Made by a program: the position numbers and the translations under genes. Under the pieces are notes generated by a model. The model worked only from the letters and a program-made list of their open reading frames with translations. It was not told where the DNA came from and ran no database searches. Positions 27,482-37,659 of a DNA stretch of 54,354 nt are shown piece after piece (positions within the stretch are counted from its first letter, which is position 1; each line of letters begins with the position of its first letter). Source of the DNA: Candidatus Fermentibacteraceae bacterium. GTDB taxonomy: Bacteria; Fermentibacterota; Fermentibacteria; Fermentibacterales; JCC-6. The DNA lies in the NCBI GenBank assembly GCA_041686025.1, contig JAWLEP010000004.1, positions 6,156 to 60,509 on the forward strand, read 5' to 3'.

Positions 27482-28447
27482 TCAGGTGAGGACGCGGGCC
27501 AGCTTCGTGAGGATGGGGTCGATCTCCTTCTTGCGGGTCCAGGAGTCCGCCAGGGGGTGGCGGACGATCTCGTGGTCCTCCTCGCCCACCATGCAGGGGG
27601 CGGCGCCGTCGATCAGGGCGTTCACCGCGGCCCAGCCCAGCTTGGAGGCCAGCACCCGGTCGGAGGCCGTGGGGGAGCCCCCGCGCTGCACGTGGCCCAG
27701 CACGGTGACGTGGCTCTGGATGCCGAAGCGGTCCTCCAGCTTCTCGGCGATCTGGTAGGCGTTGCCCTCCTCGTCGCCCTCCGCCACCACCACCAGGCTG
27801 GATGTACGGCCCGCCTCCCGACGCTTGCGCAGCATCTGCGAAAGGGTCTCCAGATCCGTTTTGGTCTCGGGGATCAGGACGTCCTCGGCGCCGCAGCCGA
27901 TGCCCACCTCCATGGCTATGAAGCCGGCGTCGCGGCCCATCACCTCCACCAGGAACAGCCGGTCGTGGGCGGCGGCGGTGTCCCGGACCTTGTCGATGGC
28001 CTCCAGGGCGGTGTTCACGGCGGTGTCGTAGCCTATGGTGAAGTCGGTGCCCCAGATGTCGTTGTCGATGGTGGCGGGGACGCCCACCACCTGCACGTTG
28101 TGCTCCCGGGAGAGCTCGGCGGCGCCCCGGAAAGTGCCGTCTCCGCCTATGGCTATCAGGCCCTCGATGTCGCGGGAGAGGAGGTTCTCCGCCGCCTTGG
28201 AGCGGCCCTCCTCCTCGCGGAAGCGGGGGCTGCGGGCGGCGTGTATTACGGTGCCTCCCCGCTGGATGATGTTGCTGACGTCGTCGGCCGCCATGGGGCG
28301 GATGCGGTCGTCTATCAGCCCGTCGTAGCCCCGGTGGACGCCGTACACCGAAAGGCCGCGGTGGAGTCCGCCCCTCACCGCGGCCCTTATGGCTGCGTTC
28401 ATGCCGGGGGAATCGCCGCCGCTGGTGAGGACGGCAATGCTCTTCAT
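27482..28447 (-). CDS. pfkA: ATP-dependent 6-phosphofructokinase
   Basis: LTSGGDSPGMN, IGGDG, TIDND, VEVMGR, LGHVQRGG. Confidence 0.95.
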   Translation of the reverse strand: MKSIAVLTSGGDSPGMNAAIRAAVRGGLHRGLSVYGVHRGYDGLIDDRIRPMAADDVSNIIQRGGTVIHAARSPRFREEEGRSKAAENLLSRDIEGLIAIGGDGTFRGAAELSREHNVQVVGVPATIDNDIWGTDFTIGYDTAVNTALEAIDKVRDTAAAHDRLFLVEVMGRDAGFIAMEVGIGCGAEDVLIPETKTDLETLSQMLRKRREAGRTSSLVVVAEGDEEGNAYQIAEKLEDRFGIQSHVTVLGHVQRGGSPTASDRVLASKLGWAAVNALIDGAAPCMVGEEDHEIVRHPLADSWTRKKEIDPILTKLARVLT

Positions 28448-28469
28448 CCGGTGGTCGTCCCTCCGCCGG

Positions 28470-28838
28470 CTACTCGCCGGATGGCGAGTCCACCAGCTCC
28501 AGTATGCACTCCTCGGCGGCGTCGCCGTGCCGGTTGCCCAGCTTCAGTATGCGGGTGTAGCCGCCGGGGCGGTCGCGGTAGCGGGGGCCCAGCTCGTTGA
28601 AGATCTTCTGGACGGCCTCGCCGCCGTAGACCCTCTTGGCCACCTCCCGGCGGGCGTGAAGGGTGTCCTTCTTGCCCCGGGTTATGACCTTCTCGGCGCA
28701 GCTGCGGGCGGCCTTGGCCTTGGCCAGGCTGGTCCTGATCCTCTCCTCGAGGACCAGCGAGGTGACCATGTTCCGCAGCAGCCGGTCGCGCTCGGCCTTG
28801 GTCCGGCTGAGCTTCGGCGTTGTCTTCCTGTGACGCAT
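28470..28838 (-). CDS. rplQ: 50S ribosomal protein L17
   Basis: MRHRK, RPGGYTRI. Confidence 0.97.
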   Translation of the reverse strand: MRHRKTTPKLSRTKAERDRLLRNMVTSLVLEERIRTSLAKAKAARSCAEKVITRGKKDTLHARREVAKRVYGGEAVQKIFNELGPRYRDRPGGYTRILKLGNRHGDAAEECILELVDSPSGE

Positions 28839-28865
28839 TGCTCTCTCCCGTTTATTCGCCTGTGG

Positions 28866-29840
28866 TTACTCCCCGGCCAGCGTAAGCCCCCGGGAGTCCA
28901 GCATGTCCCTGACCTTCTTCAACGAGGCCTGCCCGAAGTTGCGGACGGAGAGAAGGTCGCTCTCCGTCATGGAAACCAGCTGGGGCAGGGTGGTTACGTC
29001 GGACGCCGCCAGGCAGTTCACCAGCCTGGGGGAGAGCTTGGTCTCCTTGAGGGGGATGTCCTCCACCTCAACCTCGCCCTCCTCGGCCTCTTTCATCTCC
29101 TCGCCCTCGGCCTCCTCGGCCTCCTCGACCTCCTCCTCGGGGGAGCGGCCGGTGACTATCAGCTCCAGGTGGCGGATGAGGATCTCGCACGCCTTCCTCA
29201 TCGCATCCCTGGGGGTGATGCTGCCGTCGGTCCTGACCTCCATGGTCAGCTTGTCGTAGTCGGTCTTGTCGCCCACCCGGGCGCTGTCCACCTCGAAGTT
29301 CACCTTCTGGACCGGGCCGAACCAGGAGTCCAGCAGTATGGTCCCGATCTCCTCCTCGCGGCGCTCCCGCCACTCGTCGGCCGTGACGTAGCCCTTGCCC
29401 CTCTGGACCTCTATCTCCATCCTGAGGCTTCCGCCCTCGGTGACCTGCGCCACCGGGTCGTCGGAGTTGGCGATGCTGAGGAAGTCGTCACCCTCCAGGT
29501 CGCCGGCCTTCACCTCGGCGGGGCCCTCCACGTCGGCCCTGAGCGTTCCGGGCTCCTCGCCCTGGTGCCTTATGCCCAGGCTCTTGACGTTGAGGATGAT
29601 CTCCGGGACGTCCTCCACCACCCCGTCCAGGGCGGTGAACTCGTGCTTGACCCCCTCGATCTTTATGGCCACAGGTGCCGAACCCTCGATGGAGGAGAGC
29701 AGCGCCCGCCTGAGGGCGGTGCCCAGGGTTCGCCCGAAGCCCCTCTCGAGGGGCGTTACCTCCAGCCTGCCGAAGGTATCGGTGGTCTGGTCCTCGTCCC
29801 ACTCGATGATGTCCGGCAGATACAGCCTTCTGAATTCCAT
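28866..29840 (-). CDS. rpoA: RNA polymerase alpha subunit
   Basis: PLERGFG.TLG.ALRR, HEF...GVVED, NFG..SL. Confidence 0.97.
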   Translation of the reverse strand: MEFRRLYLPDIIEWDEDQTTDTFGRLEVTPLERGFGRTLGTALRRALLSSIEGSAPVAIKIEGVKHEFTALDGVVEDVPEIILNVKSLGIRHQGEEPGTLRADVEGPAEVKAGDLEGDDFLSIANSDDPVAQVTEGGSLRMEIEVQRGKGYVTADEWRERREEEIGTILLDSWFGPVQKVNFEVDSARVGDKTDYDKLTMEVRTDGSITPRDAMRKACEILIRHLELIVTGRSPEEEVEEAEEAEGEEMKEAEEGEVEVEDIPLKETKLSPRLVNCLAASDVTTLPQLVSMTESDLLSVRNFGQASLKKVRDMLDSRGLTLAGE

Positions 29841-29913
29841 CTGGTCCCCCCGACCGGCTTGTTAACCTCTTCTATCGATTACCCTTGCAGGAGAGCTGTG
29901 CTTTCCCTGTCCG

Positions 29914-30324
29914 CTACATCCGGCGGCGCTTCGGCGGTCTGCAGCCGTTGTGGGGAACCTTGGTGATGTCCTTGATTCCGGTGATCTCCAGGTTCGTGGA
30001 CTGCAGCGCCCGCACCGCGGCCTCGCGGCCGGAGCCCGGTCCGCGGACCCAGATCTCCACCTTCTTGATTCCGGCCTCCATAGCCTTCTCCGCCGCCTGT
30101 ACCGCGGCCTGGCTGGACGCGAAAGCCGTGCCCTTCCTGGTGCCCTTCACGCCGGTGGTACCGCCGCTGGCCCAGGTTATCACGTCACCACCGGACGTGG
30201 TCATGGTGATGGTGGTGTTGTTGAAGGACGACTTCACGTGCGCTATGCCGTTTACGTCGGAGACCTTCTTTTTCTTCTTCTTGGCCCGGCCCGCAGACCG
30301 GCCCTTGGCCTTTCCCTTAGGCAA
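29914..30324 (-). CDS. rpsK: 30S ribosomal protein S11
   Basis: [24 protein letters not shown]; TTG start. Confidence 0.97.
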   Translation of the reverse strand: MPKGKAKGRSAGRAKKKKKKVSDVNGIAHVKSSFNNTTITMTTSGGDVITWASGGTTGVKGTRKGTAFASSQAAVQAAEKAMEAGIKKVEIWVRGPGSGREAAVRALQSTNLEITGIKDITKVPHNGCRPPKRRRM

Positions 30325-30347
30325 AGCGTGCTCCTCCTGTCCTCAGG

Positions 30348-30713
30348 TTACCTTTTCCTCGTATGCCCTACCTTAGGGCCTTTTCTCGTCCTGGCGTTCG
30401 TGTGCGTGCGCTGGCCCCGGACCGGGAGTCCGCGGCGATGGCGCAGGCCCCGGTAGCATCCGATGTCCATGAGCCTCTTGCGGTTCATGTTTATCTCCGC
30501 CCTGAGGGCGCCCTCGACGGTGTAGTCCTCGTCGATGACCTTCCTCAGGGAGGCCACGTCGCTCTCCGTCAGATCGTCGGTCTTCTTGTCCGCGGGTATT
30601 CCCGTCTTCTCGATTATCTCCCTGGCGGATGTGAGACCGATGCCGTAAATGTAGGGCAGCGCGTAGAGCACATCCTTGTTCCGGGGAAGATCCACACCAG
30701 CAATTCTTGCCAC
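30348..30713 (-). CDS. rpsM: 30S ribosomal protein S13
   Basis: [18 protein letters not shown]; GTG start. Confidence 0.97.
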   Translation of the reverse strand: MARIAGVDLPRNKDVLYALPYIYGIGLTSAREIIEKTGIPADKKTDDLTESDVASLRKVIDEDYTVEGALRAEINMNRKRLMDIGCYRGLRHRRGLPVRGQRTHTNARTRKGPKVGHTRKR

Positions 30714-30742
30714 TTCTTACCTCCGAGCTTCGCGCTGCTTCT

Positions 30743-30859
30743 CTATCCCTGCCGCTGCTTGTGGCGGGGATTGCGGGGGCAGATAACGAAGAGCTTCCCG
30801 CCCCGCCTCACTATTCGGCAGTACTCACAGATCCTCTTTACAGAGCTGCGTACCTTCAT
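30743..30859 (-). CDS. rpmJ: 50S ribosomal protein L36 (zinc-binding form)
   Basis: Not in ORF track; manual translation [38 protein letters not shown]. Confidence 0.95.
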   Translation of the reverse strand: MKVRSSVKRICEYCRIVRRGGKLFVICPRNPRHKQRQG

Positions 30860-30869
30860 ATGTCTGTCC

Positions 30870-31094
30870 TCACTTGTACCGGTAGATGATCCGGCCCCTG
30901 GTCAGGTCGTATGGAGAGAGCTCCACCGTAACCCTGTCGCCGGTCAGTATCCGGATGTAGTTCATCCTCATCTTGCCGGATATGTGGCACAGGGCTACGC
31001 AACCTTCGGGCTTGTCGAGTTTCACCCTGCACATGCTGTTGGGTAGGGTCTCCTCGACCGTACCATCCACGACAACACCCTGCTCCTTAGCCAC
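30870..31094 (-). CDS. infA: Translation initiation factor IF-1
   Basis: [28 protein letters not shown]; GTG 31094. Confidence 0.96.
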   Translation of the reverse strand: MAKEQGVVVDGTVEETLPNSMCRVKLDKPEGCVALCHISGKMRMNYIRILTGDRVTVELSPYDLTRGRIIYRYK

Positions 31095-31132
31095 TTGCCT
31101 AGCCCTCACTTTCCGTCGGTAATAGAACGCCT

Positions 31133-31161
31133 AGTATTTGAAATCTATGGCAGACAGTCAA
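31133..31161 (-). promoter_or_regulatory. Putative sigma70 promoter for infA-rpmJ-alpha operon
   Basis: TTGACT-N17-AATACT in an AT-rich gap after adk. Confidence 0.55.
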
Positions 31162-31211
31162 CAACAGCGATTTAGGACCGGGCGCGACCTGCACCCGGCC
31201 GGCTCCGGCGC

Positions 31212-31853
31212 TCATCGGGGGCCTCCCTCGATGTCCTCCAGGGCGTCCTCGATCCGCCGGGTCACCTCTTCAACCGTTCCCACTCCGTCGATCCTGACCA
31301 GCCTGCCGTCGTAGTGCCGAACCAGGGGCTCGGTCTGGTGGTGGTACTTGGCCAGCCGGTTCCGCACCGCCTCGGGCCTGTCGTCATCCCGCTGCACCAG
31401 GGCGGCTCCGCACTCCGGGCAGGGGTCTTCCGGCGACAGGTCGCTTCCCGAGCCGACCCAGCCGCACTCCGGGCAGGTCACCCTGCTGGAGATCCTGCGG
31501 ACCACCTCGTCGTCGGGGACGTCCAGCAGGACCACGGCGTCCACGGGCTTTTCCACCCTCGCGGTGAAGGCGTCCAGCTCCCGCGCCTGCTGCTGGTTCC
31601 GCGGATAGCCGTCCAGCAGAAAGCGGTCCAGCTTCTCTATCCTGCGGAAGACCAGCCGGTTGACGATCTCGTCGCTCACCAGGTCGCCGGCCTCCATTAT
31701 GGAGCGGACCTCCCGGCCCAGCTCCGTGTCCTCCCTGACCTCCTCGCGCAGCATGTCGCCGGTGGAGAGGTGGACCAGGTCCATGTTGCGGCATACCCGC
31801 TCGGCCTGCGTCCCCTTTCCCGACCCCGGCGGCCCGAGGAAGATCAGCCTCAT
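31212..31853 (-). CDS. adk: Adenylate kinase (zinc-type lid)
   Basis: GPPGSGKGTQ, LDGYPR, two CPECG, QRDDD. Confidence 0.95.
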   Translation of the reverse strand: MRLIFLGPPGSGKGTQAERVCRNMDLVHLSTGDMLREEVREDTELGREVRSIMEAGDLVSDEIVNRLVFRRIEKLDRFLLDGYPRNQQQARELDAFTARVEKPVDAVVLLDVPDDEVVRRISSRVTCPECGWVGSGSDLSPEDPCPECGAALVQRDDDRPEAVRNRLAKYHHQTEPLVRHYDGRLVRIDGVGTVEEVTRRIEDALEDIEGGPR

Positions 31854-33157
31854 CGTCTACCGCGGATCCTTCCCTTTGCCAGGAAGCCGTCGTAGTGGCG
31901 CATCATCAGGTGCGTCTCTATCTGCCGCAGCGTCTCCAGAGCCACGCCCACCACGATCAGCAGGCTGGTGCCGCCGAAGGCGAAGTTCATCCCCGTCTGC
32001 GAGGAGATTATCATGGGCATGACGGCTATGGACGCCAGGAATATGGCGCCCGGAAGCGTCACCCTGACCAGCACCTTCTCGATGTACTGCGCCGTGCTCT
32101 TGCCCGGCTTTCTGCCGGGTATGAACCCGCCGTACTTCTTCATGTTGTCCGCCAGGTCCTGGGGGTTGAAGGTGATGGCGGTGTAGACGTAGGCGAACAG
32201 GATGATCAGCCCGGCGTAGATCACCATGTACAGCGCGCTGCCGGGGGCCAGGAAGCTCCTGACCCACTCGTCGATCCCCGAGTTGGGGAAGAACATGGCA
32301 ATGCTGCTGGGGAACATCATGAACGCCTGGGCGAAGATCACGGGGATCACGCCGGCGGTGTTGAGCCGCAGCGGTATGTGCGTGCTCTGGCCGCCGTAGA
32401 CCTTGCGGCCCCGAACCTGCTTGGCGTAGGTGACGGGTATCCGCCTCTGCGCCTCGGTCATCAGCACCACGAAGGCCACCACAGCGAACATGAAGGCCAT
32501 CATGAATATGGCGTTGATCAGCGACGTCTGCTGAAGCACGAACACGTCGCGGACCAGCGACTGTATGGCCCCGGGAAGCCGGCCCACTATGCCGGCGAAG
32601 ATTATCAGGCTTATTCCGTTGCCGATGCCGCGCTCGGTTATCCGCTCGCCCAGCCACATCACGAAGATGGTCCCCGTGATCAGGGTGAGCACCGTCTGGG
32701 CGGTGAACCCGATCCCCGAGTTGGGAACCACGTTGCCCGGAACCTGGCTGTTCAGCCCGATCAGGTACTGGGAGATGCCCAGCCCCTGTATGAAGGCCAG
32801 CAGCACGGTGCCGTACCGGGTTATCTCCGTCATCTTCTGGCGTCCGGCCTCACCCTCCTTCTTCAGCCGCTCGAAGTAGGGCACCACCGAGGTGAGCAGC
32901 TGGATGATGATGGAGGACGAGATGTAGGGCATGATGCCCAGCGCGAAGATGCTGGCCCTCCTGAGGGCTCCGCCCACGAAGAGGTCGTACATGCCCATCA
33001 GCCCGCCGGAGCCCCTGAAGGCGTCCTGCAGGGCCGCGGTGTCTATGCCGGGGACGGTTATGTGCCCGCCCACCCGGTAGACGGCGATCAGCAGGAAGGT
33101 GTAGAAGATCTTCTTGCGAAGCTCGGGGATCTTCATGACGTTCTGGAAGCCTCGCAT
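31850..33157 (-). CDS. secY: Preprotein translocase SecY
   Basis: LGIMPYI, GIGNGISL, IPGRKPG, GGTSLLIVVGV. Confidence 0.98.
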   Translation of the reverse strand: MRGFQNVMKIPELRKKIFYTFLLIAVYRVGGHITVPGIDTAALQDAFRGSGGLMGMYDLFVGGALRRASIFALGIMPYISSSIIIQLLTSVVPYFERLKKEGEAGRQKMTEITRYGTVLLAFIQGLGISQYLIGLNSQVPGNVVPNSGIGFTAQTVLTLITGTIFVMWLGERITERGIGNGISLIIFAGIVGRLPGAIQSLVRDVFVLQQTSLINAIFMMAFMFAVVAFVVLMTEAQRRIPVTYAKQVRGRKVYGGQSTHIPLRLNTAGVIPVIFAQAFMMFPSSIAMFFPNSGIDEWVRSFLAPGSALYMVIYAGLIILFAYVYTAITFNPQDLADNMKKYGGFIPGRKPGKSTAQYIEKVLVRVTLPGAIFLASIAVMPMIISSQTGMNFAFGGTSLLIVVGVALETLRQIETHLMMRHYDGFLAKGRIRGRR

Positions 33158-33600
33158 CAGCCGAGCACCTCTACCTTCCCTCCGGCCTTCTCGATGAGCT
33201 CCTTCGCCCTGGCGCTGAACCTGTGGGCCTTCACGCTGAGCTCCCGGGCCAGCTCGCCCCGGCCGAGTATCTTGACCGGCCTGTTAACCGAGGAGATGAG
33301 CCCGGCACGCTTCAGAGCGGCGGGGTCTACCTCCGCACCGTCTTCGAAGCGGTCGAGGAGCTCCACGTTCACCACCTGGTACTCGGTGGCGAACCTGCGG
33401 TTGTTGAAACCCTTGTGGGTCAGGCGCCTCTGTATGGGCATCTGACCGCCCTCGAACCAGGGCTTCACCTTGCTCCTGTGCTTCTGTCCCTTGTGGCCTC
33501 TGCCGGCTGTGCCACCGCTGCCGGAGCCGCCTCCGCAGCCCTTGCGCGTCCTCTTCCTCCTGGCACCCTTGGCCGGCCGGAGGTGCTGCAGACGTCTCAC
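33157..33600 (-). CDS. rplO: 50S ribosomal protein L15
   Basis: GRGHKGQ, FEGGQMP. Confidence 0.96.
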   Translation of the reverse strand: MRRLQHLRPAKGARRKRTRKGCGGGSGSGGTAGRGHKGQKHRSKVKPWFEGGQMPIQRRLTHKGFNNRRFATEYQVVNVELLDRFEDGAEVDPAALKRAGLISSVNRPVKILGRGELARELSVKAHRFSARAKELIEKAGGKVEVLG

Positions 33601-33788
33601 GCCTCCACCTCCTCTACCTCTACCAGGTGTGTAACCCTGTTTATCATTCCCCGTATCTCGGGCCTGTCCGGCTGCACCACCGTCTGCCGTATGCCGTGAA
33701 GACCCAGCGCCTCCAGGGTCCTCTTCTGGCTGCGGTGCCGGTTAATGCCGCTCCGGACCTGTCGTATCCTCAGCTTCTTCTCAGCCAT
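33597..33788 (-). CDS. rpmD: 50S ribosomal protein L30
   Basis: TLEALGL, IRGMI..V.HLV. Confidence 0.95.
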   Translation of the reverse strand: MAEKKLRIRQVRSGINRHRSQKRTLEALGLHGIRQTVVQPDRPEIRGMINRVTHLVEVEEVEA

Positions 33789-33789
33789 G

Positions 33790-34329
33790 TCACTGCTGCC
33801 TCCTGGCGGCCTCTCTCTCCCTGATGCCGTGAACTCGGTCTATCAGCAGCAGGTCCCGGAGGCCCGCCATCGTGGCCTTCACCACGTTGTGCGGGTTGTT
33901 GCTCCCCTGTGACTTGGTGAGAACGTCCTTTATCCCCGCGCACTCCATCACCGCCCTGACCGGGGCGCCGGCTATGACGCCGGTTCCCGGGCTGGCCGGC
34001 CGGAGCAGGACCTTGCCGGCACCGAAACGGCCTATGACCTTGTGCGATATCGTCCTGTCCTCAACAAGCGGGATGCTCATCATGTTCTTCTTCGCCTGCT
34101 CGGTGCCCTTCCTGATGGACTCGGGCAGCTCGCCGGCCTTTCCCAGGCCCACTCCGACCTTGCCCTTGCCGTCGCCTACGGCGACGATGGCGTTGAAGCC
34201 GAAGGTCCTGCCGCCCTTGGTGACCTTGGCCACCCTGTTGATGGTGATCAGGCGGTCCATCAGCCCCTCTTCCTCGAGGGGAGAGGGCCTTCTCTTTCCT
34301 CTGGACCTCTTCTTGCTGTCCCTAGCCAA
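33790..34329 (-). CDS. rpsE: 30S ribosomal protein S5
   Basis: [21 protein letters not shown]. Confidence 0.97.
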   Translation of the reverse strand: MARDSKKRSRGKRRPSPLEEEGLMDRLITINRVAKVTKGGRTFGFNAIVAVGDGKGKVGVGLGKAGELPESIRKGTEQAKKNMMSIPLVEDRTISHKVIGRFGAGKVLLRPASPGTGVIAGAPVRAVMECAGIKDVLTKSQGSNNPHNVVKATMAGLRDLLLIDRVHGIREREAARRQQ

Positions 34330-34344
34330 CTGCCAACCGCCCTT

Positions 34345-34707
34345 CTAGAACTTCAATCCGCCTTCGCGCGCCTTCTCGGCGAAGACCCTGACCCGTCCGT
34401 GGTAGGGATGGCCGCCCCGGTCGAAGACGACCTTCTCGATGCCCTTCTCCTTTGCCTTCTCGGCCAACTGGGCTCCGAGACGGCCGGCCTGGGCCTTCTT
34501 GTCCCCGGACTCCTCGCTCTGGAACTCCCGGCTGGCGGTGGTGACCGTCAGCAGCGTCCTCCCCGCCAGGTCGTCTATCAGGCTGGCCTGCAGGTTCCGG
34601 TTGGACCTGCGGACGAACAGCCTGGGCCTCTCCGGTGTCCCCGTGATCCGCTTCCGTATCCGCCTGTGGCGGCGAAGGAGACTCCGCTTTCTATCCCTGC
34701 GTGCCAT
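34345..34707 (-). CDS. rplR: 50S ribosomal protein L18
   Basis: RPRL, VVFDRGG..YHGRV. Confidence 0.96.
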   Translation of the reverse strand: MARRDRKRSLLRRHRRIRKRITGTPERPRLFVRRSNRNLQASLIDDLAGRTLLTVTTASREFQSEESGDKKAQAGRLGAQLAEKAKEKGIEKVVFDRGGHPYHGRVRVFAEKAREGGLKF

Positions 34708-34720
34708 CGTCTCCTCCTCT

Positions 34721-35269
34721 CTATGTGGTCGCGACCTTGGCGGCCTTGCGCTTGACGTGCTGATCGGAGAACCGGAAACCGATCAGGTTGTAGGGCTCCA
34801 CCGGCCGGATCCTGTACAGGGTGGAGGCGAAGGCCCCCACCAGGTGCTTGTCCATTCCCTCTATCTTCAGGGTGAAGGTGTTCTGGCCCGGCGCTACCTC
34901 AACCGCAAGGCCCTCGGGGATCTCGGCCAGCACCTTGTGCGAGAAGCCGACCTGCATCTCCACGACCTTGCCCTTCACCTCCGCCTGGTAGCCCTTTCCG
35001 CTGGCTACAAGCTCCCTGCGGTGACCCTCGCTCACTCCGGTCACCATGTTCTCCACGTGCCGCTTGAACGTGCCGTGGAACCTCTTCATATCCCGTGAGT
35101 CGTCCCGGCGGTTGAGCAGCAGCGTGCCCTCACCCGACTCGGTGGTGATGCCCTCGGGAAGATCTATGGAGAGCTCTCCCCGCGGACCCTTCACCGTGAC
35201 GGTCCCGCCCTTGATCTCGGCGGTTACCTTGTCCGGGAGAATCACAGGATGGTTGCCTATGCGCGACAT
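34721..35269 (-). CDS. rplF: 50S ribosomal protein L6
   Basis: MSRIG, VKGPRGEL, GFSH; synteny. Confidence 0.95.
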   Translation of the reverse strand: MSRIGNHPVILPDKVTAEIKGGTVTVKGPRGELSIDLPEGITTESGEGTLLLNRRDDSRDMKRFHGTFKRHVENMVTGVSEGHRRELVASGKGYQAEVKGKVVEMQVGFSHKVLAEIPEGLAVEVAPGQNTFTLKIEGMDKHLVGAFASTLYRIRPVEPYNLIGFRFSDQHVKRKAAKVATT

Positions 35270-35283
35270 CCCCGCTCAACCTC

Positions 35284-35679
35284 CTACCAGATGTGGAGCA
35301 GGACCTCGCCGCCGACGTTCTCCTCGCGGGCCTGGGCGTCGGTGAGCACTCCCCTGGGGGTGGTAAGAAGGGCCATGCCCTTTCCGCCCATCACCCTGGG
35401 AATGTCGCTCACGCCCGTGTAGACCCTGCAGCCGGGTTTGGAGATCCTCTTCAGCCCCACTATCAGCGACTGTCCGTTGCGATAGGCCAGGTAGATCCTC
35501 AGGATCCCCTGGCGCCCGTCCTCCAGCTTCCTGAATCCGCGGATGAAGCCCCTGTCGTACAGGGCCTTCGCGATTCCGGTCTTTATGTTCGACGCCGGCA
35601 CGTCCACCATCTTCATCTCGGCCCTGGAGGCGTTGCGAAGCCTCGTGAGCATGTCGGCAATCGGATCTGTCATCGACAC
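35284..35679 (-). CDS. rpsH: 30S ribosomal protein S8
   Basis: TDPIADMLTR, ISKPG.RVY, GGE. Confidence 0.97.
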   Translation of the reverse strand: MSMTDPIADMLTRLRNASRAEMKMVDVPASNIKTGIAKALYDRGFIRGFRKLEDGRQGILRIYLAYRNGQSLIVGLKRISKPGCRVYTGVSDIPRVMGGKGMALLTTPRGVLTDAQAREENVGGEVLLHIW

Positions 35680-35691
35680 TACTCAGCCCCC

Positions 35692-35877
35692 TTACCAGCT
35701 GGCCTTGCGAACTCCGGGAATCAGGCCCTTGTTGGCCAGCTCCCGGAAGCAGATGCGGCAGATGCCGAACTTGCGAAGGTATCCGCGGGGACGTCCGCAA
35801 AGAGAGCAACGGTTGTACTTGCGGACCTTGAACTTTGGCTCCTTCTTCTGCTTCTCTATGAGACTCTTCTTAGCCAA
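35692..35877 (-). CDS. rpsN: 30S ribosomal protein S14, type Z
   Basis: [21 protein letters not shown]. Confidence 0.97.
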   Translation of the reverse strand: MAKKSLIEKQKKEPKFKVRKYNRCSLCGRPRGYLRKFGICRICFRELANKGLIPGVRKASW

Positions 35878-35891
35878 GCTACGTCCCCCTG

Positions 35892-36455
35892 CTAGCGCCC
35901 GGGCCGCCTGAAGGGCATGCCCAGCTGGCTAAGCAGCTCCATGCCCTCCTCGTCGGTCTCGGCGCTCGTTACTATCGTGACGTTCATTCCCCTGAACTTG
36001 TCTATCCGGTCAACGTTGATCTCCGGGAACATCGCCTGCTCCTCCAGCCCGAAGTTGTAGTTGCCGCGGCCGTCGAAGCCCTTGGGAGACAGGCCCCGGA
36101 AGTCCCTCACCTGGGGGAGCGAGAAGCCGATCAGCCTGTCGAGGAACTCCCACATGCGGGCCTGTCGCAGGGTTACGAAGACGCCCACCGGGCTTCCCTC
36201 TCTCAGCCTGAATCCGGCCACCGACTTCCTGGAGCGGGAGACAACGGGGTGCTGCCCCGTTATGGCCTCCAGCTGCTCGACGGCGTTCTTTATGTTGTTG
36301 GCGTTCTCGAGCGCCTCGCGCCCGAGGCCCATGTTCACGACCACCTTCTCGACCTTGGGGATCTCGTGGTTGTTGGTGTAGCCGAACCGCTCCCTGAGCT
36401 TTCCGGCCACCTCGTCGAGGTAGATTCCCTTCAGCCTCGCTACGTTCTCTGCCAC
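35892..36455 (-). CDS. rplE: 50S ribosomal protein L5
   Basis: [23 protein letters not shown]; GTG 36455. Confidence 0.96.
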   Translation of the reverse strand: MAENVARLKGIYLDEVAGKLRERFGYTNNHEIPKVEKVVVNMGLGREALENANNIKNAVEQLEAITGQHPVVSRSRKSVAGFRLREGSPVGVFVTLRQARMWEFLDRLIGFSLPQVRDFRGLSPKGFDGRGNYNFGLEEQAMFPEINVDRIDKFRGMNVTIVTSAETDEEGMELLSQLGMPFRRPGR

Positions 36456-36469
36456 GTTAATGCACCCTC

Positions 36470-36787
36470 CTAACCAGCGGAGATGGTCGCGCCGCAGGCC
36501 TTGCACTCGCGCCTGAGGCTGCCGTCGCCCTCGCGGACCCGCCGATATCCCTCGGCCTCGCCGCAGGACGGGCAGACCACCCTGAGGTTGGAGACATGTA
36601 TGGGGGCCTCCTTCTCCACGATGCCCCCCTGCTGGTTTCTCTGGGAGGGCCTGGTGTGGCGGTGGATGTAGTTCAGCCCCTCCACTATGGCCCTCTTCCT
36701 CCTGGGGAAGACCTTCAGCACCTTGCCCGTCTTGCCCCGGTCCTCGCCGGTGATGACCTTGACCATGTCGCCCTTGCGTATGTGCAT
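36470..36787 (-). CDS. rplX: 50S ribosomal protein L24
   Basis: [24 protein letters not shown]; ATG 36787. Confidence 0.96.
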   Translation of the reverse strand: MHIRKGDMVKVITGEDRGKTGKVLKVFPRRKRAIVEGLNYIHRHTRPSQRNQQGGIVEKEAPIHVSNLRVVCPSCGEAEGYRRVREGDGSLRRECKACGATISAG

Positions 36788-37152
36788 CAGATCACCTCCG
36801 GTGCCAGTGAAATGATCTTCATGTAGTGGTCCCGGAGCTCCCGCCCCACGGGCCCGAAGATCCTGGTGGCCACCGGCTGGAAGAGGTCGTCCAGTATCAC
36901 CACCGCGTTGTCGTCGAACCGCACCGAGGAGCCATCGCTTCGGTTCAGCTCCTTGCGCGTCCTCACAACCACGGCGCGGCGGACCTCGCTCTTCTTCACC
37001 GTCCCGTTGGGAATGGCCTCCTTGACGGTGACCACTATCTCGTCGCCTATCCTCGCGTAGCGCCTCTTGCTCCCGCCCAGCACCTTGATGCACTGGACGA
37101 GGCGGGCGCCGGAATTGTCGGCAACGTTAAGCCTGGATTCCTTCTGGATCAT
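36787..37152 (-). CDS. rplN: 50S ribosomal protein L14
   Basis: VADNSGA, FDDNA, SLAPEV. Confidence 0.98.
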   Translation of the reverse strand: MIQKESRLNVADNSGARLVQCIKVLGGSKRRYARIGDEIVVTVKEAIPNGTVKKSEVRRAVVVRTRKELNRSDGSSVRFDDNAVVILDDLFQPVATRIFGPVGRELRDHYMKIISLAPEVI

Positions 37153-37164
37153 CGCTCGCTCCCT

Positions 37165-37428
37165 TTACCGCGCCTTCTCGATCACTTCCAGCAGACGCCA
37201 GCGCTTCTTCTTCGAGAGCGGCCGGGTCTCCGCGATGCGGATTATGTCGCCGACCTGACACTCGTTGTTCTCATCGTGCGCGTAGTATCTCTTGGTTTTC
37301 CGGTAACGCTTCTTGTAAACGGGATGGGCCTTGAGGCTGGTAACCTCCACCACCGCGGTCTTGTCCATGGCGGTGGAGACTACGGTCCCCCGGAGCACCT
37401 GTCGCTTCTGTGCCCTTGTCTCCGCCAT
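37165..37428 (-). CDS. rpsQ: 30S ribosomal protein S17
   Basis: [17 protein letters not shown]. Confidence 0.97.
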   Translation of the reverse strand: MAETRAQKRQVLRGTVVSTAMDKTAVVEVTSLKAHPVYKKRYRKTKRYYAHDENNECQVGDIIRIAETRPLSKKKRWRLLEVIEKAR

Positions 37429-37431
37429 CGT

Positions 37432-37659
37432 CTACTCCTCTCCCTCCGGAACCGCGGTCGATCCTTCCGGCACCGGCTCGGTCTCCTTCAGTACGGTGAG
37501 GGTCCTGGCCAGCTCCCTCCGGGCATCTCTCATCCGGAGCGGGTTGTCCAGGTGCTGGGTGGCCCTTCGGAACCGCAGGTTGAACAGCTCCTCCCGCAGG
37601 TCCCTCACGTGCTCCTCCAGCTCCTCGCGAGTCATGGCTCTCATCTCGTGGGCCTTCAT
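37432..37659 (-). CDS. rpmC: 50S ribosomal protein L29
   Basis: ELFNLRF, LDNP...R..RR.LAR. Confidence 0.95.
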   Translation of the reverse strand: MKAHEMRAMTREELEEHVRDLREELFNLRFRRATQHLDNPLRMRDARRELARTLTVLKETEPVPEGSTAVPEGEE

